Source: Craspedostauros australis
Lineage: Eukaryota
Direction of reading: 5' to 3'
DNA length: 44,190 nt
Assembly: GCA_030167865.1 (NCBI GenBank)
Contig: JALAGF010006194.1
Coordinates: forward strand, 1 to 44,190
Shown here: positions 19,433 to 29,200 of the stretch, piece by piece
Numbering within the stretch: position 1 is the first letter of the stretch
How the letters are laid out: the number at the start of each line of letters is the position of its first letter
Made by a program: the position numbers and the translations under genes
Notes under the pieces: model-generated
The model's database searches: none
Told to the model about the DNA's origin: nothing
Seen by the model: only the letters and a program-made list of their open reading frames with translations

Positions 19433-22085
19433 ATGAGAGAGGATGACAACAGAGAGAGGCATTCTGCGAGAGATGAGAACAGCGAAGCAACGCAGGATAA
19501 TCCGCCAGCAGAGACGATGCTCGCGATGGAAACATCTGCGGACCTGATGCTTTCGATTGTTCGAGATCGATACGAAGTAAACGGTGGAATGGCTGCTCCT
19601 TCTGCGACTGGCGATGGTGGTACACGAAACAACGCGGACCGTCTCTCTGACCGAAACCATGATGACCCAACCACGATGCAGACCATCATGGCCACAAGTG
19701 GGCACGGCGCTGGGGTCAATCCTGGAGCGGATCGTCTCGACATGCCAGGGCAAAATGAAGGCGTGAAGCTGCAGGCCTCCCAAATTCTTGCCCTGGTGGG
19801 CGACGAGACTATTGTCGACAGCCATGAGAGTGCTATCGGCACCAACGAGAAAGAGCTTCCTGACACCTTTTCTTCAAGAATACAAAAGGAACAGCGCAAT
19901 CAACCAGGCCAAGGTCAATACAAAGATAAAAATCAGTCTGTACCAGATTCAGGTGCCAATGAGATATCGCTGGAGTTCACCGAGTCAACTACAATGAGCA
20001 ACAATATGAGGATGACTCCGCCCACAAAGGAATTGCAACTGGAGGATCTGCCAAGTAGAAATGGCAATGCGATGTCAAAGGAGAGACCCATCGCTGGCTT
20101 GATGGGAGATCGACACTCTTCCCAGAGCCACCTACGACCGCCGACAGATTGGGAGCAATCAAAGCAACAACGTGGCCGCAACGCGGTTGAGGAACGCCAG
20201 CTGGCTCAGATGCACGAGACGGAGAAAGAGATGAGTCAGGCAAGAATGATGACGCAAGCCAACATCGCAGGCGCGAAACGGCGACCGTCGACGCAGACGG
20301 CGAGGTTTCTCACGATCACAACGCAGCCGATGGTAAATTCTGAGGAGCGCGGAGGTGGCCAAGCGTCATCATCGAGCGCACGGGGTCACAACCAATCCGG
20401 ACCAGTCGCATTGGTGAATCATGACGAGCACGCCGTCGAGCAAGCTGCTGATCTCAACGAAGGTATCTTGGCCGAAGCTGACTTTGGGCGTCCACAGACT
20501 GGAATGCCTGAGCACGATGATGAACTTATCGATGCGGTCGAACAAGGTTCGTCCCTTTACAGTGATAGCGGCGTTGGAACATCAGAAATTGGAATACCTG
20601 CGCCGATCGCTCCAGCGCCGCCCCGCATGCATACCGTGTCTGCAGTACTCGTCACCGATAATGATGATGACCTGGACGAAATGAGGAGTAAAGCAAGACG
20701 CGAAGGCGAGGAAGCGGCACGCCGCCAACTAGGTTCAGCAGGTGTTGCAGTGAAGGTGACGGCGGTCGAGGCAAAGAGTTTGTGCAGCCCGAGACTCATC
20801 ATTGTCGGAATCATCCTACTCGTGGTCGCTATTGGTGGTATCGTGGGGGTTATCCTTGCATTGCAATCATCAAATTCAGACACCCCGGCGATTGCACCCC
20901 CCTCTTCGGATGGCGCGAACAGTGGGGCACCATCGACGCTGACCACACTCATGCCAACCATGTCCCTTGCGCCATCATCACAGCCAACCATCTTCTTTGC
21001 GACCCCGGCAGAAAAGGAAGCGTATCTCCTTCGAGTCAAAATAGCAAAGGCGGCTGCAGAAGTATCTGGAGAGGCGTTGATAGTGACGGATGGCACGAGA
21101 CGGAATGCCGTGCAATGGCTACAGCACGAAGATCGAACGATCACATTCGAAACGCCGGATGCCATCATTGCCGAACGGTACATCATGGTTCTGATGTACG
21201 ACATGCTGGGCGGCTCGGGGTGGACCTTGGCCAACACCTTCAAGGCCGAAGACGAGACGACTTGCCAATGGGGGTCCCACGTCGACATCTTCTCGCAACT
21301 GACTATATTGGAATGCGACGAGGACAGCCGTATCACTGATATCTTCGCAAGAGATGGTGGGCCGACAGGCAACCTTCCTTCTGAACTGGGAGGATTGGGA
21401 CGTTTGACGAGCATGCGCATCGGCACCGGTGCCATTCGCGGGACGATACCGACAGAGTTCGGCAACCTCTCGTTGTTAACGCGCTTCAGCCTGAGTAAGT
21501 CCCGGAGGTATTCGAGGTGTTCTGCCTGATGTGTGCTCCTTGAGATGGCTGTGCAGGGCGTTGATGGCAGGCCAGTCTTTGCGGCACAAAGCAGGCCTCG
21601 GCACGGAACAACTCTCACGAATGCATGCTACCAATACTTTGATCTCATGTTGGCAACAAACCATCGGTTCATTTCAATTCGATTCGATTCCTCATTATCC
21701 ATGGCATCCGCGCGTTTATTGGCTTCACCTCACACTTACCACGCGCACATTCTGCACTCTATCTGCCATTGTTTGTATCCCAGGTCCCAATTTACTTTCC
21801 GGCAAGGTTCCATCAGAACTGGGTCGATTGATTAATCTTCAGTGGATATACCTCAATCACAACAAACAGCTCACGGGGACCCTGCCTTCCAGTCTGGCCT
21901 CGCTGCCCAATCTATCCGAATTGATGGTTCACATCACTGGGATCGACTACGTGCAGAACATGTGCGATGCTGGGCTGAACATTGACTTTTTCGTGTCCGA
22001 CTGTCTGGAGGAGGGAATCGACTGCGATTGTTGTTCAGTGTGTTGCAGATTGAACAGCTTCACCAACGAGATGGTGTGTGAGTAG
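19433..22085 (+). CDS. Type II membrane LRR receptor-like protein 2 (close paralog of protein 1); exons 19433-21494 and 21784-22085
   Basis: Same architecture as protein 1, with TM LIIVGIILLVVAIGGIVGVILAL, IAERYIMVL and DETTCQWGS. Phase-1 intron 21495-21783 (GTAAGT...CAG) sits at the equivalent position. Exon 2 reads PNLLSGKVPSELGRL...CDCCSVCC...CE*. Confidence 0.88.
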
Positions 22086-22255
22086 CTCACGGAATGTCGT
22101 CCGGGCCCCTCTTTGCGTAAATTCGCAATCTCACAAAGGTTCGGCCATCCATCCACAGACGGATACGAATGTGTTGCGTACAAACGAAGAGACGCCGTAG
22201 CATCGCCGGCAGTATCATATAATACATCATTACCGCTATTTCGAAGCTAACTATT

Positions 22256-22279
22256 ATATTCTAGAATATTCTAGAATAT
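22256..22279. promoter_or_regulatory. Perfect heat-shock element (nTTCnnGAAnnTTCnnGAAn), 24-bp palindrome
   Basis: atattctagaatattctagaatat contains four alternating TTC/GAA pentamers and lies about 490 bp upstream of the LRR protein 3 ATG. Confidence 0.6.
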
Positions 22280-22771
22280 TATATTATTTTATGTTCGCAG
22301 CGTGTCGATAGGCATGCGGTCAACCATTTACGATGAAGCGAAGAGCGCCACAAGAATGCGGAATAAAAGGTGTCTGCCAGCAGACGGTGGATACATTTTC
22401 TCGAGAGCTTCGGGGAAAGTGTCTATTTTGTCACAACGTTTCTTGTGCGTTTTTGCGAGTGTTCGCAGACCCTTCTCCTCGATTTTGCCCAGCGACCCCG
22501 TGATGACCACCGAACAGTCATCCAACCTTGCAGGCACACAAACAACCACAACATCCATCCATCATCCAACCCAACTGGTTGATCTGCTAGATGGCTGATT
22601 GTTTCTGCTAACCGGTTCAAAGCCGCCGCGAGGTACCACTCGTATTATAATCCAGGACCTCATTCGGCCGAGACCATACCTGCAACAACGACACGAGCGA
22701 CAGCAGCGACAACAGTGGACAGAAGACGCGAAGAAGAAAGACACATTTGGACAGCTGCGCCCGCATCCACG

Positions 22772-25057
22772 ATGTCTGATCACGACAACAACCGGAACCA
22801 ACGGCGACAGCATCAGCGCAACAATCACGATGATGAGGGGAATGACGATGACGATGACGAAGAGCAGCTGGACCGCGACCAACAGGCCAAGGCGGAAGAA
22901 GCGCGGAGGGCTGCCTTCATCATGAGCTTGTTGAACGACAGCGGAATTGATGGCAGCCAAAGCAACGCCGACGACGACATGATGGTTGGTTTGGAAGGCG
23001 ATGCTTATGAGAAGCCACCTGCGTACGGGATGAACGAAAGAGAATTGCCTGCGTACCGGTCCTTTCCTGCACTGACAAGCGAGCAACAGCGTGGCACCGC
23101 GGGTTTGCAGACGGTCGCTGTTGACAGCGAACAGAAGATGAGATGGCAGGCAGATGCAGTCGCGGTCGCTCTTGCGGATGGCAGGACCGAGATGATCAGA
23201 GAGAAAGAGCTCATGTCATCTGGGCAGATCGTAACCAACCCACAGCAGGGTCGCAACGTGAGGTCGGGGTACGAGACGGAGAAGGAAACATTTGCGCGTC
23301 GTGGCGATCATCAATCCGCCGAAGAAAACGCGAGCTCTCACCTTCCGATGCATGCGAAACTCCCGGCTGCAGAGAGAGCGTCGGCTGGAGAGAAGGTCGG
23401 AAACCGCATGGCAACAGAACCCCAAGCCGAAGGGTCTAAGAAGAAAATGCAGACTACAGCCACTACGTTGGCTGGTCGACAAACCACTGACGCCTCTGGG
23501 TTTACGAATGCACTCGCTGGCCACAAACCAGAGCCGATCGGCGCTCCGCAAATGTCGGAAGGGGGCAGGACAACGTCCAGCTTCTACGCTACGCTGCCGA
23601 CGCAGTTATCGCGCACACAAGACCGCAACAACCACGTGATACGCCCAGGCGCCATCCGTGTCCATCAGATGGCCGGTGGAGCCTACGCCGAACGCGCGGA
23701 TCAGGTGGTTCCCGATGACGGAACGGTGATTGGAAACAGCCTTGATTCTCAGGTTAGCATTGCCAGTGACATCAACGCACCTCCAAGTCTCTCGCTGACA
23801 AGGCACACAACGAATACGATCACGGCTGTCTCGGTCAATGCAGTTGATAATGACCACGTCGCAGTCGACGAAGAGGAGATATTGCAAGCTCGAGTCGAGG
23901 CGGCGGAAGACGCCAAGCAACAAATGCTCAAGGAGGCAGTGGTTGCAGATGCCTCGGACGGTCCTGACAATCCGAAGCGAATGCGAATGATGGTTTTGGT
24001 TGCGGCGCTGTGCATCGTGATTGTAGCCGCTGCCACGATTGGGGCCGTGCTCGCATCCAAATCGTCGTCATCGTCATCAGCGACAACAGGAGGTACGAGC
24101 ACGCTGCTATCAGATACGTCATCGTCGCCCTCAATGATTCCCTCCACCCAGCCCACGACGGAGCCGACGGACTTGCCTACCATAGATGAATCCGCCTCTC
24201 CCAGCACATCACCGACTCTCGCTCCGACCGCCGCGCCAACGCAACAGACATCGGTGGAACCAACATCGATGGAACAACAATTGATCGATCAGTACATCAC
24301 AGGGGTCGCCACGAACGTGACTGCTGGTCCACTCGATCTGTTCCCCCAACACGACGCACGCCTTTGGCTGATCAACAACGATCGATGGATCACGCTGGAC
24401 ACGGATCCCATCCTGGTGGCCGAGCGCTACAGCATGCTGGTGTTCTACATGGGAATGGGCGGGCCATTCTGGGAGCAGCAGTACCAGTTCCTGAATCCCG
24501 ACACCCACATTTGCGAATGGGGCGGCACGGCGGTGGATCCCGTCGACGGCCAACCGGTGCTTACCTGCACGAGTGCGGATCGAGTGAAGTCGATGTCGAT
24601 CATCCACAACGATCTGGCAGGTGCCATTCCATCTGAAATGGCAGCAATGGAGATGTTGGAAGTGCTGCGGTTGGAACGCAACCAGTTAGGAGGCACGCTA
24701 CCATCCGAGCTGGGGCTGTTGCATGGGTTGAAGACATTGAACGTCGCATACAATTACCTGAACGAGAATATTCCGACCGAAATCGGGAACCTGACGTCGT
24801 TGCAAATCCTAAAGCTGAGATGCAATCCATTCCTGGAGGGTTCCGTGCCGACGCAGCTGAATCAGCTGCTGGAGTTGAAAGAAGTGACTTTGGATCGCAC
24901 GAGGATCACCGACGTCGAGGTCTTGTGCGAGGTGCAGCGTCCGCTGTTCGTGTTGGCGGCGAATTGTCGAGCGGAACCACCGCTGGCATGCTCCTGCTGC
25001 TTCGGCTGCATCCGGCCGGGGTTGGAATGCGAACGAGAGTTGGTGGACGGGTCATAG
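22772..25057 (+). CDS. Type II membrane LRR receptor-like protein 3 (more divergent, intronless)
   Basis: ATG at 22772 (MSDHD). Disordered N-terminus with RPGAIRV, TM MVLVAALCIVIVAAATIGAVLA after KRMR, S/T/P stalk, N-cap AERYSMLVFY..MGG..W...ICEW, four to five LRRs (GAIPSEM, GTLPSELGLL, IPTEIGNL, GSVPTQL), Cys cap CSCCFGC. Confidence 0.88.
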   Translation: MSDHDNNRNQRRQHQRNNHDDEGNDDDDDEEQLDRDQQAKAEEARRAAFIMSLLNDSGIDGSQSNADDDMMVGLEGDAYEKPPAYGMNERELPAYRSFPALTSEQQRGTAGLQTVAVDSEQKMRWQADAVAVALADGRTEMIREKELMSSGQIVTNPQQGRNVRSGYETEKETFARRGDHQSAEENASSHLPMHAKLPAAERASAGEKVGNRMATEPQAEGSKKKMQTTATTLAGRQTTDASGFTNALAGHKPEPIGAPQMSEGGRTTSSFYATLPTQLSRTQDRNNHVIRPGAIRVHQMAGGAYAERADQVVPDDGTVIGNSLDSQVSIASDINAPPSLSLTRHTTNTITAVSVNAVDNDHVAVDEEEILQARVEAAEDAKQQMLKEAVVADASDGPDNPKRMRMMVLVAALCIVIVAAATIGAVLASKSSSSSSATTGGTSTLLSDTSSSPSMIPSTQPTTEPTDLPTIDESASPSTSPTLAPTAAPTQQTSVEPTSMEQQLIDQYITGVATNVTAGPLDLFPQHDARLWLINNDRWITLDTDPILVAERYSMLVFYMGMGGPFWEQQYQFLNPDTHICEWGGTAVDPVDGQPVLTCTSADRVKSMSIIHNDLAGAIPSEMAAMEMLEVLRLERNQLGGTLPSELGLLHGLKTLNVAYNYLNENIPTEIGNLTSLQILKLRCNPFLEGSVPTQLNQLLELKEVTLDRTRITDVEVLCEVQRPLFVLAANCRAEPPLACSCCFGCIRPGLECERELVDGS

Positions 25058-26212
25058 CTGGAGCAATACTCGTGTGAGTATGTGTGGTATTTCTGGAGTG
25101 CTAACTATTATAATATCGTGTGTAGTATGAGAAGAAAATTGAATCGAAATCATGTGGAAGTATTCTACGTGGAGGAGAGTCGTCTGCTATACCTCCTTGT
25201 CCATCTTTGCACCAATACCGAGCTCCCAGAACGATTTCCAGTCATGCAACCAAACCAACAACTCCGACTCGAAAGGAAAGCGCCGAAACGGAACGCATTT
25301 TCGGGAACAAGTCGACCTTTGTGTCACAATGACTATCACTTGTTGTGCGACCTATCCTCAGTCGGAGTCGCCATCATCGCAACAAGGCGATGCGTGGAAT
25401 GGACCAAACAGCGAGATGGCCCTTGGGGCATCGCCGCGCCGATCGTCCTTGTGACAACCATCTTGCCTGAGATGAGATGAAGGCTCGTCAAGAGGAAAGA
25501 GCGTTGCGCATCGATCTGTGGAGTTGCAAAAGTTGGTGCAGCGTCTCGGAGTTGCTGTCTTGTCTCGTTCGTAGACTTCTTGCGGTAATCTCATTCCCGT
25601 CATGACCGTGCGTTAAATGAGATTGCGCCCACGAGACATGTCTCTCGACACATTTATGGCAATCGCAACACGACTAACGCGTGACACAAGACCAGTTTTT
25701 CCACGATCCCATCGCGAAGCGTGGAAGCAGTTTGTGGCGGTGGGAGGAATTTTCGTCAAGGGTGTTTGGCGCCCACGTTGTTGGTGGTTGTGGCGATGTT
25801 GTGTGGTTGGTGTTTGTGGCGTTGTTGGTTGGAGGTGCATCGTCTCTTCGCTGTCTGCGCTCTCTTGCATCCATTGGTTGTTGTATTGAACGGCGTCGGC
25901 AACGACCATTGATGATACTGCACTGTCGTGTTGTATAGCATCTGTAGAGTGAGGCGAAGTTGATCATCCTTGATAGAAAAAACGGCAACCATCAACGGCC
26001 GCAACAAAGGCGATCATTGAATTGCGACGAACAACAGAGGCAGCCCAATCGAGAGCATCCACAGTATCTGCAGATCGAACTTGTAGCACAGAGAGGGTGA
26101 CAGAGGAACTTCCATCAATCAAGTCCGCCAGTCCGCCAACACTAGCATCAATCAGTAACGACAACAATCAACAATCAACAACAATCAGTAACGACAACAA
26201 GCAACAACGACA

Positions 26213-29200
26213 ATGCGACGCCTCTCCGCCATCAAACGGCTGACGACGAAGCTGAACAACAACCAGACGAACGACTGGGACACCAACACGGGCAGCGTGG
26301 ATGAGTTGGGCAGCATCCATTCCACGCAGTCGGAGGAGGAGGAGGACATCCAGCCCTTCTCGCAGCACATCCTGGGCATCTCCGACAGCAGCCACCATCT
26401 CAGCAGCAACGGCGACGAAGAGTCTGAGTCGTCGGACAACATTTACGTGGAGGATGACAAGGAGAGCGAAGATGATGAGGATGACGAGGATGATGATGAG
26501 TATGATGATGAATATGATAGTGAAGAGGAGGGCAGCGAGGGAGGCAGCGAGTGGGGCGAAGACGATGAGGATGACGAGGATGAGGATGACGAAGAGGAAG
26601 GCAGCGAGTGGGACGATGAGGATGAAGAGGAGGGCAGCGAATGGGAAGATGAGGAGGGTGACGAAGACGAGGAAGGCAGCGAGTGGGAGGACGAAGAAGG
26701 AGAAGAGGGCAGCGAGTGGGACGATGAGGATGAAGAAGATGGAGAGGAAGAGTCTGAGTACGAGGATGAAGACGAAGACGAGGATGAAGATGAAGATGGA
26801 GAGGGCGTAGAGTCGGAATACGAAGACGAGTACGAAGAAGGTGCATTCAACGACAACGCATCGCAGCAGACCGACGGATACGATACCTTCGCGGCGGGAA
26901 TGTCGACCAGAACGGGCAACGCCGCTCCCTTGTTCGCTCCGGATGTCGAGAATCAGGAGAGCAAGGACTTCCGCTCCAAGGAGGCCGAGAGGAGCAGGGA
27001 GCAGCGCATGCGCACCCAGAAACGGCGGCAATACCTCCTCATTGCCATCATCTGCGCCTTCCTCGTCATCGGCGCCGTCCTGGCCGTCTTTTTGCTGGGG
27101 CTGTTCGATAGCAGCGACAGCGGCGTCAATCAATCCAGGAGCGCCGTGTCGACACCATCGCCCACGCAGATGGCCACGCCCGCGCCCACCATCACCAATT
27201 CCAGCGCACCCACCGTGCAACCGTCGGCATATCCGAGTGATGCGCCCACCATCTCGCCGGCGCCCATCAGACAACCGTCGGTGCAGTCGCCCGTCTCGGT
27301 CCCGACCATCTTTATGGAGACCCAACAGCCGACGCCGCTGTCATCGCAGGCACCCACAACATCGCCCAGCGCCGCGCCCTTCTTCTTCAACAACACCATC
27401 GAAGTTGCGGTCGCGTACATCATCATGCTGCCGCAGACCACGAACGAGAGCGACTACACGCAGGATCTCGTCTCCGCCATGGATATCATGTCGCAGGAAG
27501 TGTGGCAGCAGGGTTCCTTCGTCAGTTCGCCGCAGCGGCAACGCAGAAGGCGGGCGCTCTTTCCAAATCTGCGCAACAGCCATCGCAACGCGTTGCAAGA
27601 CCGCGAGCGGCAGCAGCAACGGCGCAGGCTGGAGACCCGGCTCGTGCAGCCGACGACCATCGACTCCATGGAGCCGACAGGTACGCAGCATGGTTTGTGT
27701 GTTGTTTTGTTCGACTTGTTGCGTCTGCATTGTCAACATCATTGATCGGTCGACCGGCGCGGCACAACTCTCACACCATCCTCTTCTCACTTCTTCCCTT
27801 CAACTCTGCACATACCAATGCACGTCGCTTTCCACAACAGTCTGCCCCGGATCCATTTTCAATCCCAACGACGTCTGTCACACGGTCACGGCTGCCATCG
27901 AGATCCGCACGACGGAAGAGACAGCCAACATCAACGCGGACGCCTTCGGCAGCGCCATGCAACAATCCATCCGCGTCGGCCGCTTCCAAGAGATCTTGAC
28001 GGAGGATGTGCAATCCACGGCACCCATCGCGGTTCTACCCTTGGTAGATAACAGCCCGCCATCTGCCACGACGCTGCAACCCACGGCATCCATGGCGCCG
28101 ACTCCGGTAGCGACCAACTTCGAACTCAATCTCACGCAGTTTCCGACGCCCAACAATGATAACATCTTCAATCATACCGGCGCGCCGTCGGTGATGAATG
28201 TCACGACCGCGACGCCGACCATGATGCCGACCGAAATGAATAATACCGAGGCGCCCACGATGATGCCGGTGAATGCGAATGCAACGTCCGGTCCAACCAT
28301 GATGCCAACTGAAAGCAACAGTACAATGGCGCCAACCATGATGCCAGTTGATGCAAATTCAACTTCAGGTCCAACGATGATGCCAACCGAAAGGAATAGT
28401 ACAAAGGCACCAACCATGATGCCAGTGAATGCGAATACAACTTCAGGTCCAACCATGATGCCAACTGAAATGAATAGCACCAAGACACCAACGATGATGC
28501 CAATTGATTCAAATGCAACTTCGGGTCCAACCATGATGCCAACTGAAATGAACAGCACAAAGGCGCCCACGATGATGCCAGTGAATGCGAATGCGACTTC
28601 AGGTCCAACCATGATGCCAACTGAAATGAATAGCACCAAGACACCAACGATGACGCCGGTGAATGCGAATGCAACTTCGGGTCCAACCATGATGCCAACT
28701 GAAATGAACAGCACAAAGGCGCCCACGATGATGCCAGTGAATGCGAATGCGACTTCAGGTCCAACCATGATGCCAACCGAAAGCAACAGTACAAAGTCGC
28801 CAACTATGATGCCGGTGAACGTGAATGCAACTTCGGGTCCAACTATGATGCCAACCGAAAGCAACAGCACCAAGACACCAACTATGATGCCGGTGAACGT
28901 GAATGCAACGTCCGGTCCAACCATGATGCCAACTGGAAGCAACAGTACAAAGGCGCCGACTATGATGCCCGCCGACGCGAATGCAACTTCAGGTCCAACG
29001 ATGATGCCAACCGAAAGTAACAGCACAAAGGCACCAACCATGATGCCAGTTGATGCAAATGCAACTTCAGATCCAACCATGATGCCAACTGAAATGAACA
29101 GTACAAAGGCCCCAACCATGACGCCGGTGAACGTGAATGCAACGTCTGGTCCAACCATGATGCCGACCGAAATGAATAGCACCAAGGCTCCAACCATGAT

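Noticed and set aside
19000..21618. Minus-strand ORFs of 299 and 353 aa
   Set aside because: Antisense to LRR gene 2 with no domain features.
26441..26840. Acidic tract as a silacidin
   Set aside because: No signal peptide, predicted cytosolic side of the TM, and it lacks the Ser-rich RRL-separated peptide units of silacidins.
26168..27325. 385-aa minus-strand ORF that looks like a polytopic membrane protein, plus poly-Ser and His/Pro ORFs
   Set aside because: Reverse-complement frames of the GAR/GAY-rich acidic tract.
26841..27840. N-terminal about 330 aa of the 1879-aa ORF
   Set aside because: Alternative frame of exon 1 plus intron. The real frame is joined only after the acceptor at 27840.
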